64,000 bases of DNA, from contig JBGSOE010000441.1 in assembly GCA_041739295.1 (NCBI GenBank), forward strand, positions 123 through 64,122, in the 5' to 3' direction. Origin of the DNA: Thiohalobacterales bacterium (lineage in GTDB: Bacteria > Pseudomonadota > Gammaproteobacteria > Thiohalobacterales > Thiohalobacteraceae). The position numbers and the translations under genes were made by a program. The stretch's first letter is position 1. Each line of letters opens with the position of its first letter. Below are positions 49,982 through 60,751 of this stretch, piece after piece. The notes beneath the pieces are model-generated. The model saw only the letters and a program-made list of their open reading frames with translations. It did not search any database and was not told the origin of the DNA.

Positions 49982-51013
49982 TTATGGATTCGTGACGACG
50001 TCGAGTACATGTATCGGCCGGGTCGCTTCCATGACTAACCCATAACTGACCTTATCGAAGATGCGGAACAGCATCAACGTGCCGGCCTTCTCATTTGGCA
50101 GTGTGACCATATCATTCGGCGCTGGCGTGACGGTGTCCTTGACCTCATCACCTGCCTGCAGAATGCGCAGTACCGTACCGACGTCCACTCCTTCGCGTGC
50201 ACCACGATTTATAACCACAACCTGGTAGCGGCCAATCTGCGCTACACCGTCATGGACGGCAATGATGCGGCCATTTGTCTCAGTGGCAGGCGGATGCGGT
50301 TGAAAGCTGGCCTGAATATCGTCGCCGCTGGATGGCTTCAAGCGGTCGCCAATGCCAATTTCACGAGTTGTGCGTTCCAGGAACATCGTGGTCGGGTCGC
50401 CGAACTGCTGTACCGTGGCATCACCCAGGAAGATCGCCTGCAAACCCAGGACTTCCTTGGTGTCGGGGTCCACGAGTTCATCTCCTGGATGATAGACGCT
50501 ATAGCGACTGGTTGAGCTATCGGAGATACCGCGTACATAGATGCGATCCCCTGCGCCGACCACCAGATGCTCATCTGCGCTCTCCACGACATAAGGTGCC
50601 TTATCGAGTTCACCGACCTCGACAACCTGCGGTTGGGTCAGGAATTGCTTGATGGCATCAATCGGGATAGTCGGAATGGCGCGGTCAAGGCGTTCCTCGC
50701 GAGCGGTAGGCGAGAGCTTGATGGTTGGGTGGCCACCACGCTGCAGCCGCAGTTGAGGCTGGCCATCGACATACACCAAGCTAATGAGATCGCCTGGATA
50801 GATCAGGTGTGGATTCTCGATTTGCGGGTTGACCTGCCAGATTTCCGGCCACAGCCAGGGTTCGCGCAGGAAACGCCCCGAAATATCCCACAGGGTATCG
50901 CCCTTGACCACGACATAACTGTCGGGGTGGCTGGGATTAAGGGCGATTTCTTCCGCTAGAGCCGGAGCAGTGAGTAGCGCGGCGAAAATCAGTCCAAGTA
51001 TTTTGTTGGCCAT
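49982..51013 (-). CDS. Secreted LysM peptidoglycan-binding domain protein
   Basis: 343 aa with a signal peptide. LysM motif YVVVKGDTLWDISGRFL. Conserved position between dprA and def. Confidence 0.88.
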   Translation of the reverse strand: MANKILGLIFAALLTAPALAEEIALNPSHPDSYVVVKGDTLWDISGRFLREPWLWPEIWQVNPQIENPHLIYPGDLISLVYVDGQPQLRLQRGGHPTIKLSPTAREERLDRAIPTIPIDAIKQFLTQPQVVEVGELDKAPYVVESADEHLVVGAGDRIYVRGISDSSTSRYSVYHPGDELVDPDTKEVLGLQAIFLGDATVQQFGDPTTMFLERTTREIGIGDRLKPSSGDDIQASFQPHPPATETNGRIIAVHDGVAQIGRYQVVVINRGAREGVDVGTVLRILQAGDEVKDTVTPAPNDMVTLPNEKAGTLMLFRIFDKVSYGLVMEATRPIHVLDVVTNP

Positions 51014-51225
51014 AAACGTCCCTTAGCAGCTGTTGTTGTGTGGCGCGGCTGCAGGTAATGTCGACCTGCGGGGCTGCAGCGCGTTGACCCTGTGCAGTCT
51101 AGTCCAAAAACCCCACCTCACAAAGTGTGGAAAGTCAGGTTCGAATTCCATTATTATCGCTACTTTAGCGGAATTACTTTAGCAATATATGCGAGCGCAT
51201 TCCATGCGTTTGTGACCGACTGCAC

Positions 51226-51765
51226 ATGGCCAAGCTCGAAATACTACATTTTCCCGATTCAAGACTGCGTACGCAGGCACTTCCCGTGCCTGTGGTTGAC
51301 GCTGCGATACGGCAATTGATCGACGATATGTTCGAAACCATGTACGCGGCGCCGGGTATCGGGCTGGCTGCGACTCAGATCAATGTCCATCAGCGCCTGC
51401 TGGTGGTCGATGTCAGCGAAGACAAGGATCAACCCCTGGCCTTCATCAACCCGGAAATCCTGTCCCGAGACGGTGTGGAAGAAATGGAGGAGGGCTGCCT
51501 CTCCGTGCCGGGTGTGTATGACAAGGTGCAGCGCGCCGAGCGTATAAAGGTGCGTGCGCTTGATCGTGATGGCAAATCCTTCGAGTTAGAGACCGACGGC
51601 CTGCTGGCCGTGTGTATCCAGCACGAAATCGATCACCTCGACGGCAAGCTGTTTGTCGATTATCTGTCCAGTCTCAAACGTCAGCGTATCCGCAAAAAGT
51701 TAGAGAAGGCGCGTCGCCAAGGCGACCCAGACCCGGTTGCAGAGCACGGCGAAACGGCACTCTGA
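51226..51765 (+). CDS. def: Peptide deformylase
   Basis: 179 aa. [19 protein letters not shown]. Confidence 0.96.
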   Translation: MAKLEILHFPDSRLRTQALPVPVVDAAIRQLIDDMFETMYAAPGIGLAATQINVHQRLLVVDVSEDKDQPLAFINPEILSRDGVEEMEEGCLSVPGVYDKVQRAERIKVRALDRDGKSFELETDGLLAVCIQHEIDHLDGKLFVDYLSSLKRQRIRKKLEKARRQGDPDPVAEHGETAL

Positions 51766-51856
51766 CGCATCTTATATAGATAAGACAGCGCACGCAGGCA
51801 GCAGGTACAATCCCGATTCTGTCCCGTTTTTGCTGCAAGAGCGCTAGCCTCAGATT

Positions 51857-52789
51857 ATGAGAATCATCTTTGCCGGCACGCCGGAGTTTGCCGTGCCCAG
51901 CTTGCGCGCGCTGCTGGCGGGTGGGCACCAAGTCGTTGCCGTTTACACCCAGCCCGATCGCCCCGCCGGTCGTGGTCGTCGGCTGCGCGCGAGTCCCGTG
52001 AAAGAGATCGCCCTCGAAGCGGGTATTCCCGTCGAACAACCGCTCTCGCTGAAAAATCCCGAGGCGCAGGCAGCGCTGGCCGCGTATGCTCCCGATTTGA
52101 TGGTCGTGGTGGCTTATGGGTTGATCCTGCCGCAAGTGGTGCTTGATTTGCCGGTTCATGGGTGCGTCAACGTGCACGCATCGCTATTGCCGCGTTGGCG
52201 TGGTGCGGCGCCGATCCAGCGCGCCATCCTGGCCGGTGATCTGAAAACTGGTATCACCCTGATGCGTATGGAGGCCGGTTTGGATACTGGCCCGATGCTC
52301 GCCAAGGCCTCCTGCCCGATTGGGCCTGCTGATAGCGCAGCCGATCTGCATGATCATTTGGCCACCATGGGTGGTGAGCTGCTGGGTGCGCAACTGGAGA
52401 TCATTCTGGCCGGTGCGCCAGGTGAACGACAGGACGATGCACTGGCCACCTATGCCAGCAAGCTAGATAAATCCGAGGCGGAACTGGATTGGCAGCGACC
52501 GGCACAGGAGCTGCTGCGGCAGGTGAATGCCTTTAATCCCTGGCCGGTAGCGCAGACAGGATTTAAGGATCTGGCGCTGCGTATTTGGCGCGCGCAAGTG
52601 GTGCCTGGGCAAGGTGTTCCGGGCACGATCCTCAATGTGGGACACGATGGCGTGGATGTCGCTTGCGGTCAGGATTGCCTACGTTTGCTCGACGTGCAGT
52701 TGCCCGGCGGACGCCGCATCAGCGCGGCGGATTTCAGTAACAGTCAGTCGCCTGTCGGTGTGCGGCTCGCCTCTTGCGTGGCTGGTTGA
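51857..52789 (+). CDS. fmt: Methionyl-tRNA formyltransferase
   Basis: 310 aa. [12 protein letters not shown] and [17 protein letters not shown]. Confidence 0.96.
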   Translation: MRIIFAGTPEFAVPSLRALLAGGHQVVAVYTQPDRPAGRGRRLRASPVKEIALEAGIPVEQPLSLKNPEAQAALAAYAPDLMVVVAYGLILPQVVLDLPVHGCVNVHASLLPRWRGAAPIQRAILAGDLKTGITLMRMEAGLDTGPMLAKASCPIGPADSAADLHDHLATMGGELLGAQLEIILAGAPGERQDDALATYASKLDKSEAELDWQRPAQELLRQVNAFNPWPVAQTGFKDLALRIWRAQVVPGQGVPGTILNVGHDGVDVACGQDCLRLLDVQLPGGRRISAADFSNSQSPVGVRLASCVAG

Positions 52790-52800
52790 GCTCGCACCGA

Positions 52801-54147
52801 ATGCCCGTTGAGACAGTAAGCGCACGCACCTTGGCGGCCAAGGCGGTCCAGCAGGTATTGCAGGATGGCCGCTCACTGAGTCAGGTATTGCCCGCACTGC
52901 TTGCGCAGGTCGCGCTCGTCGACCGTGGCTTGACCCAGGAACTGGCGTACGGCGTGCTGCGTTGGCATGCGCGCTTGCAGTTACTGATGCAGCAATTGCT
53001 TAGCCACCCTCTCAAACCCAAGGATCAAGATATTGGCTGCCTGCTGTTGGTCGGGCTGTATCAGCTTATCTATACGGCCATCCCACCCCACGCCGCCGTG
53101 CATGCCACGGTTGAAGCGGTGCATGCCACCGGCAAACGCTGGGCGGTGCCGTTGGCCAATGCAGTGCTGCGCGCCTTTCAGCGGCGTCACGCGGAACTCG
53201 AAGCCATTGCGGATGCACGGCCCGTGTCGCGTTATGCACATCCGGACTGGTTGATTGACATGTTACGCGCCGACTGGCCAGAGGATTGGCAGGCGCTATT
53301 GATGGCCAACAACGAGCGTCCGCCCTTTGTGTTGCGGGTGAATTTGCTGCAAGGCTGTGTTGCGGATTACCAGGCGGCGTTGCAGGCGGAGGGCATGTTG
53401 CACCGCACGCTCAGTGCTGCTGACCAGGCAATTCGGTTGGAGCAGCCGGTGGCTGTGGAGCGTCTGCCGGGTTTTGCTGACGGTGCAGTGTCGGTGCAGG
53501 ATGCCGCGGCGCAATTGGCGGCGCAGCTGTTGGATGTGCGTCCGGGCATGCGGGTTCTGGACGCCTGCGCTGCGCCCGGCGGCAAAACGGCGCACATCCT
53601 CGAACGTACGCCAGATCTGGCCGAGCTGATCGCTGTGGAAATTGATCCCGCACGCGTCCCGCTCATTGAACAGAACTTACAGCGTTTGGGGCTATTGGCG
53701 CAGGTCGTCATCGGCGATGCAGGCCAGCCTGGGGACTGGTGGGATGGTCGGCAGTTTGAGCGGATATTATTGGATGCGCCTTGTTCCGCTACCGGTGTCA
53801 TTCGACGTCATCCGGATATCAAATCACTGCGCCGCGCCAGCGACCTAGACGAATTGACCACGACTCAGGCTCGTCTGCTGGAAGCTGTGTGGCCCTTGCT
53901 CGCGCCGGGCGGTATGCTGTTGTACGCGACCTGCTCGGTACTGCGCCGTGAAAACGAACAGCAGATTGCACAGTTTCTGCAGCGTCACACCGATGTACTG
54001 GAAGGTGAGTTGCAGGGTACATGGGGTAAACCGGTAAGCCACGGCCGACAGGTATTCCCGGGAGCGGCGGGTGGCGTGGCTGACGTCGATACGGATATGG
54101 ATGGCTTCTATTACGCGAGCCTTATCAAGCGCCGTGAGGGCAGCTGA
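52801..54147 (+). CDS. rsmB: 16S rRNA (cytosine967-C5)-methyltransferase
   Basis: ATG at 52801, after the fmt stop. DACAAPGGKT, DAPCSATG, TCS. Confidence 0.92.
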   Translation: MPVETVSARTLAAKAVQQVLQDGRSLSQVLPALLAQVALVDRGLTQELAYGVLRWHARLQLLMQQLLSHPLKPKDQDIGCLLLVGLYQLIYTAIPPHAAVHATVEAVHATGKRWAVPLANAVLRAFQRRHAELEAIADARPVSRYAHPDWLIDMLRADWPEDWQALLMANNERPPFVLRVNLLQGCVADYQAALQAEGMLHRTLSAADQAIRLEQPVAVERLPGFADGAVSVQDAAAQLAAQLLDVRPGMRVLDACAAPGGKTAHILERTPDLAELIAVEIDPARVPLIEQNLQRLGLLAQVVIGDAGQPGDWWDGRQFERILLDAPCSATGVIRRHPDIKSLRRASDLDELTTTQARLLEAVWPLLAPGGMLLYATCSVLRRENEQQIAQFLQRHTDVLEGELQGTWGKPVSHGRQVFPGAAGGVADVDTDMDGFYYASLIKRREGS

Positions 54148-54151
54148 GCGC

Positions 54152-54739
54152 ATGCAACAAGGGAGTATGGCGAATCATTGTCAGCGGATGACCGCATGGC
54201 TGTTGCTGGTCGGGTACCTATGCCTGCCCGGTGCCGTGCATGCCAAAGAGAAATATTTTACGGTAAGCAATGCCAGCACACGGCTCAGCGAAGGCGTCTA
54301 TCTGTTAGATGCCAGCATCGATTTCCGCTTTAGCGATGCTGCTATGGAGGCGTTACTCAATGGCATTCCTCTGGTATTGGAAGTGCAAATAAAGGTAGAT
54401 CGGAGCCGCGAATGGTTGTGGACCGAGACAATCGCTGCGTTGAGTCAACGCTACCGCCTTCAATATCACGCTCTGTCCGAGCGTTTTGTCGTCCACTATC
54501 TCAATACGGATCTACGGCAGAGTTTCGCCAGGCTAGACGATGCCCTGTACGCCCTTGGCGAGGTGCATGACTTCCCAATGTTGGATCGGCGGCTGCTCCA
54601 GGATGGTAACCACTATACCGCAGGCCTGCGTGCAACCCTGGTCGTTGAAGAGCTGCCAACCCCTATCCGTTTGTGGGCCTATGCCGCTGAACAATGGCGT
54701 CTGGACAGCCCCTGGTATACTTGGCAGCTGCAACCATGA
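54152..54739 (+). CDS. DUF4390-domain protein (secreted)
   Basis: ATG at 54152, after the rsmB stop, with a signal peptide. Sits between rsmB and the sensor kinase, as in many beta- and gammaproteobacteria. Confidence 0.7.
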   Translation: MQQGSMANHCQRMTAWLLLVGYLCLPGAVHAKEKYFTVSNASTRLSEGVYLLDASIDFRFSDAAMEALLNGIPLVLEVQIKVDRSREWLWTETIAALSQRYRLQYHALSERFVVHYLNTDLRQSFARLDDALYALGEVHDFPMLDRRLLQDGNHYTAGLRATLVVEELPTPIRLWAYAAEQWRLDSPWYTWQLQP

Positions 54740-56931
54740 AGCGCTATAGCAGAGGCGCCTGGCCCATGCTGGCGCTGTTCCTGCTGTTGCTTGTGTCATT
54801 GTCCTTGATGAGCGATGCCACGCACAATTCCGAACGCTTTGGTCGCCTATATTCATTACTGCTCGTGACCAACGCGCTGGGTTTGGTCGTGTTGATCGGC
54901 ATGATCGCCGTCAATCTCTACTGGTTGCTACAGCAGTACCGCAAACGCGCCGCAGGTGCCCGTTTGACCTCGCGCCTGGTGGTTATGTTTGTGGTGCTTG
55001 CGGTGTTGCCGGTGTCGGTGGTGTATTACTTCTCACTGCAATTTCTACAACAAGGCATCGACAGCTGGTTCGATGTACAAATTGAGGCCTCTCTGGAAGA
55101 TGCCTTGGATCTGAGCCAATCGGCGTTCGATGTGCGTCTGCGAGATGTGCTGCACCTAACCGAAGATCTAGCCAAGGAGCTCACCGAGGTACCATCCTCG
55201 TTGGCACCATTGAGTCTGTACGATCTGCGCGTACGCTCGGGCGCGAGCGAGCTGACACTGATCGGGGCAAACGGCCGTATTATTGCTTCCAGTAGCATTG
55301 AGTCCAATAAGATCGTCCCCGATCGTCCGTCTGAGGCGGTGATGCTGCAGTCGCGCCAAGGTCAATCCTATGTGGGCCTCGATCCGGTCGGTGAGGAGCT
55401 GCATATCCGCGCCGTTGTGCCGGTACCCTACGGTGGCCCGGGAGCTGAAATACGTGTTCTACAAGCCCTGTATGGTGTGCCGGAACGACTCAACGCCAAG
55501 GCCGACAAGGTGCAGAATGCCTTTGCGCGCTACAAAGAGCTGGCCTATTTACGAGTCCCGCTAAAACACAGCTATACCCTGACGCTATCGCTGGTGCTGT
55601 TGCTCACGTTGCTATCGGCAGTATGGGGTGCCTTCTATGCGGCGCGTCGTTTGGTCGCGCCGATCCGGGATCTCGCTGAGGGTACCCGTGCGGTGGCCGA
55701 TGGCGATTACAGTCACCAGCTACCGGTGACAGGCCATGATGAGCTGGGCTTCCTGGTTCAGTCGTTTAACGTAATGACGCGTCGTCTGGCCTATGCCCGT
55801 GACGAGGCGGGTCGCAGTCAGCAGCAGGTGGAGGGTCAACGGACCTACCTCGCTGCCTTGCTGGCCAATATTTCGTCTGGTGTGATCAGTCTCTCGACAG
55901 ACTTGCAGGTGCGCATGGTCAACGAGGCGGCAGCGCGGATTCTGGGGCTGGGGTTGCAGGATGCCCTCGAAATATCCCTGAACAAGCTTGCCGAGCAGCA
56001 TCACTTTCTTCAGCCGCTGATGGATTTGGTATTGGAGCACCAGCATCAGCAGGATGCGCAGTGGGCCGAAGAGGTCACGCTGTTTGGCAGCCGTGGCCGC
56101 CAGGTGCTGATCTGTCGGGCCACAACAATCCCCGGCGATGATATTCACCCCGGGGGGTTGGTGTTGGTGCTGGACGATATCACCGCACTGATCCAGGCCC
56201 AGCGCGATGCTGCTTGGGGCGAGGTGGCGCGGCGTCTTGCGCATGAGATCAAGAACCCGCTGACTCCCATACAGCTTTCTGCTGAGCGCTTGCGGCGTAA
56301 GTTTCTCGATCGTATGGCGCCGGAGGATGCGGAAATCCTGGATCGTTCCACGCATACCATCGTGCAACAGGTCGAGACCATGAAAGAGATGGTCAATGCC
56401 TTTTCGGAATACGCGCGCGCGCCACAGATCATGTTGGAAGTTCTCGATCTCAATCGGCTGGTACGCGAGGTGCTTGATCTGTACCGCGGTGGTAGTAAAC
56501 ATCAATCGGTACGCGCCAACCTCGATCCCTCGGCACCCTGCGTAGAGGCCGATGCCGGGCGCATGCGCCAGTTGCTGCACAACCTGATCAAGAATGCCTT
56601 GGAGGCGGTGGCCGGTAATAAAACCGGCGGCACTCAAATTACGGTCACGACGCGGGTTGGTAGCGAAGATGGTCAGGCCTTTGTGGAGTTGGTGGTGCAT
56701 GATTGCGGTCCGGGCTTCGGCGCGGAAATGATCGACAAACTGTTCGAGCCCTATGTGACTACCAAGATCAAGGGCACCGGCTTGGGGTTGGCCATTGTCA
56801 AAAAGATCGTCGAAGAGCATGGCGGCATCATTCAGGCTGAAAATGCCCCCGAAGGCGGTGCTGACGTGCGTATCCGCCTGCGCATGGCCGAGGCGTCGGC
56901 GCTGACTGGTCCGCGAAACCTGGCGCATTAA
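54736..56931 (+). CDS. NtrY-like sensor histidine kinase (TMs, HAMP, PAS, HisKA, HATPase)
   Basis: The ATG at 54736 overlaps the upstream stop (ATGA). H-box HEIKNPLTPIQLSAERL. N and G boxes (LIKNALEA, DCGPGF, GTGLGLAIV). Confidence 0.9.
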   Translation: MKRYSRGAWPMLALFLLLLVSLSLMSDATHNSERFGRLYSLLLVTNALGLVVLIGMIAVNLYWLLQQYRKRAAGARLTSRLVVMFVVLAVLPVSVVYYFSLQFLQQGIDSWFDVQIEASLEDALDLSQSAFDVRLRDVLHLTEDLAKELTEVPSSLAPLSLYDLRVRSGASELTLIGANGRIIASSSIESNKIVPDRPSEAVMLQSRQGQSYVGLDPVGEELHIRAVVPVPYGGPGAEIRVLQALYGVPERLNAKADKVQNAFARYKELAYLRVPLKHSYTLTLSLVLLLTLLSAVWGAFYAARRLVAPIRDLAEGTRAVADGDYSHQLPVTGHDELGFLVQSFNVMTRRLAYARDEAGRSQQQVEGQRTYLAALLANISSGVISLSTDLQVRMVNEAAARILGLGLQDALEISLNKLAEQHHFLQPLMDLVLEHQHQQDAQWAEEVTLFGSRGRQVLICRATTIPGDDIHPGGLVLVLDDITALIQAQRDAAWGEVARRLAHEIKNPLTPIQLSAERLRRKFLDRMAPEDAEILDRSTHTIVQQVETMKEMVNAFSEYARAPQIMLEVLDLNRLVREVLDLYRGGSKHQSVRANLDPSAPCVEADAGRMRQLLHNLIKNALEAVAGNKTGGTQITVTTRVGSEDGQAFVELVVHDCGPGFGAEMIDKLFEPYVTTKIKGTGLGLAIVKKIVEEHGGIIQAENAPEGGADVRIRLRMAEASALTGPRNLAH

Positions 56932-56988
56932 GGTTTATACTCCAGCGGACTTAGTTACCGACCACTCATTAAATACAGCAAACTTCCT

Positions 56989-58353
56989 ATGCCGGCTGCG
57001 TACATATTGGTAGTGGATGACGAACCTGACATCCGCACCCTGGTCAAAGAGATCCTGGAAGAAGAAGGATACGAAGTCGGCGTAGCCGAGAACGGCGAAG
57101 CCGCGCGCCGCGCGCGACGTGACCGGCGTCCGGATCTCATTATGCTGGATATCTGGATGCAGGATGTCGATGGCATCACCCTGTTGCGTGAATGGGGCGA
57201 GGGCGGCGCACTACCCTGCCCGGTCATCGTCATGTCGGGGCATGGCACGGTTGAAACGGCCGTAGAAGCGACTCGTCTGGGCGCCTACGATTTCATCGAG
57301 AAGCCAATCTCGTTAGCCAAGTTGCTGCTCACAGTGGAACGCGCGCTGGAAGCGGATCAGCTGGCGCGGGAAAATACCGGGCTGAAACGCTCCGAGGCCA
57401 CGGTCCCGGAGCCCATCGGCCGCAGTGAGGTTATGCAACGCCTGCGTGAACAGGCGCGGCGCATTGCCCAGCACAGCAGCTGGGTGTTGATCACGGGCGA
57501 GCCGGGTGTCGGCAAAAAAACCTTCGCGCATTATCTGCATGCGCAGAGTACGCGTCGACAAGGCCCTTTCGTCGAAGTCGGTGTTGGTTCCATGTCGCCA
57601 CATACCTCGGCGATTGAGCTGTTCGGCAGTGAAGAAGGTGGCCGCCTCAGTTATGGCCGCTTCGAGCAGGCCAACGGCGGCACACTCTATCTCGACGACA
57701 TCGCCGATATGGACGAGCAAACTCAGGCGCGCTTGGGGTCAGTGTTGGAGACGCGTTCCTTTCTGCGAGTGGGCGGCAGCGAGCCAGTCAGTGTCGATGT
57801 GCGGATTATCGCTGCGACCCATAGCGACCTTGCCAAGGCAGTCGCCGCAGGCGACTTCCGCGAAGATCTGTACTACCACCTCAATGTCGTACCTTTGCAC
57901 ATACCGCCACTAGCCCAGCACTGCGAAGATATACCGGACTTGCTCAATTTCTATGCGGACTACTTTGTGACCCGCGAGTCCCTGCCCTATCGGCATTTCT
58001 CAGTGGGCGCACAGAATCGTTTGCGTAATCATTCCTGGCCGGGCAACGTGCGTGAATTGAAAAATCTGGTGCAGCGACTGCTGATTCTTGGCGCAGGTGA
58101 TGAAATTACGGCGCAGGAAGTTGATTCTGCCTTCGGTGCACAAGCCGCGGCCAGTGTGGTAGGTGGCGCATCCGCCCTGCCCTTCGATCTGCCGCTGCGC
58201 GAGGCGCGCGAGCAGTTTGAAAAGGCCTATCTCGAACACCAGCTCGCCGAGTCTGGTGGCAGTGTGGGCAAGCTCGCCAAACGTGTCGGTATGGAGCGCA
58301 CACATCTCTACCGCAAACTCAAATCGCTGGGCATAGAAACCAAAGGTAAGTGA
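56989..58353 (+). CDS. NtrC/NtrX-family AAA+ response regulator lacking a canonical GAFTGA loop
   Basis: Receiver (ILVVDDE, DLIMLDIWM), Walker A GEPGVGKKT and a C-terminal HTH. The segment ELFGSEEGGRLSYGRFEQA sits where NtrC has ELFGHEKGAFTGA.... Confidence 0.9.
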   Translation: MPAAYILVVDDEPDIRTLVKEILEEEGYEVGVAENGEAARRARRDRRPDLIMLDIWMQDVDGITLLREWGEGGALPCPVIVMSGHGTVETAVEATRLGAYDFIEKPISLAKLLLTVERALEADQLARENTGLKRSEATVPEPIGRSEVMQRLREQARRIAQHSSWVLITGEPGVGKKTFAHYLHAQSTRRQGPFVEVGVGSMSPHTSAIELFGSEEGGRLSYGRFEQANGGTLYLDDIADMDEQTQARLGSVLETRSFLRVGGSEPVSVDVRIIAATHSDLAKAVAAGDFREDLYYHLNVVPLHIPPLAQHCEDIPDLLNFYADYFVTRESLPYRHFSVGAQNRLRNHSWPGNVRELKNLVQRLLILGAGDEITAQEVDSAFGAQAAASVVGGASALPFDLPLREAREQFEKAYLEHQLAESGGSVGKLAKRVGMERTHLYRKLKSLGIETKGK

Positions 58354-58447
58354 TGCACGCAGTCATGAATGCATTCATCCCGGGCAGAACGGGGTGTGGT
58401 GAGTGCGGCGAAATGCGCCGAACGTTATATGTAGCGCAGGTGACGCC

Positions 58448-59821
58448 ATGAAGATCATTATCCTCGGTGCAGGACAGGTAGGTTCCTCGGTCGCGCATAA
58501 TCTGTCGAGTGAGTTCAACGATATTACCGTGGTGGATGGTGATGCGCGGGTACTGCAGGATCTGCAGGATCGTTTGGATATCCGCACGATTGTCGGACAC
58601 GGTGCGCATCCCGATGTGCTGAGCCGTGCCGGCGCTGAAGACGCTGATATGCTCATCGCCGTGACCAACAGCGATGAGACCAATATGATTGCCTGTCAAG
58701 TAGCCTACACACTGTTCCATACGCCAACCAAAATTGCGCGTGTGCGCGCCGCCGAATATCTCAGCAAGCCTCGACTGTTTAATCAGGATGCCCTGCCTAT
58801 CGATGTACTCATCAGTCCTGAGCAGCTGGTAACTGATTATGTGCAGCGTTTGATCGATACTCCAGGCGCGTTGCAGGTGCTGGATTTCGCAGGCGGGAAA
58901 GTGCAGCTGGTTGCCGTGCGCGCCTATTACGATGGCCCACTAATCGGTCATGAATTGCGTGATCTACGCGCACACATGCCCAAAGTTGAAGCGCGTGTGG
59001 CGGCCATTTTTCGTCGTGGCCGACCGATCATGCCGGAAGGCGACACCATCATTGAAGTCGATGATGAGGTATTCTTTTTGGCGGCACGAGAAAATATTCG
59101 CGCGGTCATGAACGAATTGCGGCGCGAGGATAAGCCGGTCAAGCGCATAATACTGGCTGGCGGTGGCAATATCGGAATGCGTTTAGCTCAAGCACTCGAG
59201 GGGCGTTACCAAGTCAAGCTTATCGATCGCAATTTCGAACGCACTCGCATGCTGTCTGAGGTCTTGGAGAAGACCATCGTTCTACAGGGCGACGCCGCCG
59301 ACGAAGAATTACTGCTTGAAGAAAACATTGAGAATACCGATGTGTTCTGCGCACTGACTAACGACGAAGAAGCCAACATTCTTTCCGCGATGCTCGCCAA
59401 GCGACTGGGTGCACGCAAAGTGATGTCGCTGATCAATCGGGCTTCTTATGTCGACCTGGTGCACAGTGAGGCGATCGATATTGCCCTGTCACCGCAGCAA
59501 GCCACCATCGGTAGTTTGCTGACACATGTACGCCGTGGTGATGTGGTTGCCGTGCATTCACTCCGACGTGGCGCCGCAGAGGCCATCGAGGCAGTGGCGC
59601 ATGGCGACAAGGGCAGCTCAAAAGTGGTTGGGCGTGCGCTGCAGGATATCAAACTGCCGCAAGGCACTACGATTGGCGCCATTGTGCGCGGTGATCAGGT
59701 CATCATTGCGCATCACGATACCGTGATCGAAACCGGTGACCATGTCATCTTGTTCATGGTTGATAAACGGCGTATATCCGAAGTCGAACGGATGTTCCAG
59801 GTCAGCGTGACATTCTTATAG
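58448..59821 (+). CDS. trkA: Trk potassium uptake system NAD-binding protein TrkA
   Basis: The ATG at 58448 gives [13 protein letters not shown] second Rossmann repeat follows ([11 protein letters not shown]). About 457 aa. Confidence 0.95.
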   Translation: MKIIILGAGQVGSSVAHNLSSEFNDITVVDGDARVLQDLQDRLDIRTIVGHGAHPDVLSRAGAEDADMLIAVTNSDETNMIACQVAYTLFHTPTKIARVRAAEYLSKPRLFNQDALPIDVLISPEQLVTDYVQRLIDTPGALQVLDFAGGKVQLVAVRAYYDGPLIGHELRDLRAHMPKVEARVAAIFRRGRPIMPEGDTIIEVDDEVFFLAARENIRAVMNELRREDKPVKRIILAGGGNIGMRLAQALEGRYQVKLIDRNFERTRMLSEVLEKTIVLQGDAADEELLLEENIENTDVFCALTNDEEANILSAMLAKRLGARKVMSLINRASYVDLVHSEAIDIALSPQQATIGSLLTHVRRGDVVAVHSLRRGAAEAIEAVAHGDKGSSKVVGRALQDIKLPQGTTIGAIVRGDQVIIAHHDTVIETGDHVILFMVDKRRISEVERMFQVSVTFL

Positions 59822-59899
59822 TCTTTCCATGCACGCCTGAGCGGTTGTGTATCGCGGCGCAGATTTCGATACGCGCTGCGACGATGCATAGTTATTGCT

Positions 59900-60746
59900 A
59901 TACAATTTCAGGCCATACAGCGCATTTTTGGTTTGCTGCTGATGATATTCAGTACTACGTTGTTGCCGCGTCTATGGTGGTATCGGCGCGGTACGCCGAT
60001 GGCGAGATGATGCCGTTCCTGGATGGCTTCATGCTGCTGTCAGGTATGAATTCCTCGTTGCATTTTGTTGCCTGGCGCAGTCTGAGTATGCGGCCCTACT
60101 TCTGCGATTCCGAGGTGCATGCCTATCCCGCAGCGCTGGGCTGACGGCCCTTACCACTGTGAGCTATCTCTATTACACAGCGACCTATCAGGATTTGGCC
60201 AGTGCCCTGCATCATGGTTTATTCCAAGCAGTCTCGATTGGCACCACTACCGGCTTAACTACGGCTCAATATCATATCTGGCTGGGTTTTCTACCTGTGC
60301 TTCTGCTGTTCACCAGCTTTATCGGTGGCTGTGCTGGTTCGACGGGCGGCGGTATGAAAGTGATGCGTTTTTTATTGTTGCACAAGCAAGATGGCCGTGA
60401 AATTACCCGCTTGGCACATCCCAACGCACAAATACCTGTGAAGATCGGCAAGAAGGCTCTACCTGATCGTGTAGTGGATTCCGTATGGGGCTTTTTCGCG
60501 GGTTACATGACAGTTTTTAGCGTGCTGCTGCTGATCCTGATGGCAACGGGTCTGGATCAGGTGACTGCCTTTTCCACTGTTGCTGCCTGCATGAATAATC
60601 TTGGCCCAGGTCTCGGCGCAGTTGGATTTCCTTCCGCTGATCTCAATGATATCGCCAAGTGGGTGCTGTGTGTCGCCATGCTGCTTGGGTACCTAGAGAT
60701 TTTCACGCTATTGGTATTGTTGTCGCCCGCCGTTTGGTGCAATTGA
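59900..60746 (+). pseudogene. trkH: trkH remnant: start lost, two -1 frameshifts, about 0.55-kb internal deletion
   Basis: TrkH-like sequence occupies three frames. First: QFQAIQRIFGLLLMIFSTTLLP. Second: SMVVSARYADGEMMPFLDGF joined to MLLSGMNSSLHFVAWR...YFCDSEVHAY. Third: the C-terminal half with GGCAGSTGGGMKV and NNLGPGLG. ATA sits where the start Met is expected. Confidence 0.8.
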
Positions 60747-60751
60747 CCCTT

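Noticed and set aside
51135-51155. GGTTCGAATTCC, resembling a tRNA T-arm.
   Set aside because: There is no acceptor stem, D-arm or anticodon arm around it. It is an isolated motif in the LysM/def divergent promoter region.
51161-51183. Direct repeat TACTTTAGC-N5-TACTTTAGC, 43 nt upstream of def. Possibly a regulator site or part of a sigma-70 promoter (TTTAGC-N16/17-TATATG).
   Set aside because: It is only two 9-mers with no known cognate factor. It could be chance or part of an ordinary promoter, and is too weak to report as a feature.
55720-56928. 402-aa ORF on the minus strand, and similar long antisense ORFs (for example 4843-5634, 1047-1670, 41575-42135 and 53367-53801).
   Set aside because: Each lies entirely opposite a confidently identified gene (sensor kinase, dapF, hslU, rubrerythrin, rsmB). 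Their composition is Arg/Ala/Gly/Pro-rich and low in complexity, and they carry no family motifs. They are typical shadow ORFs of GC-rich DNA.
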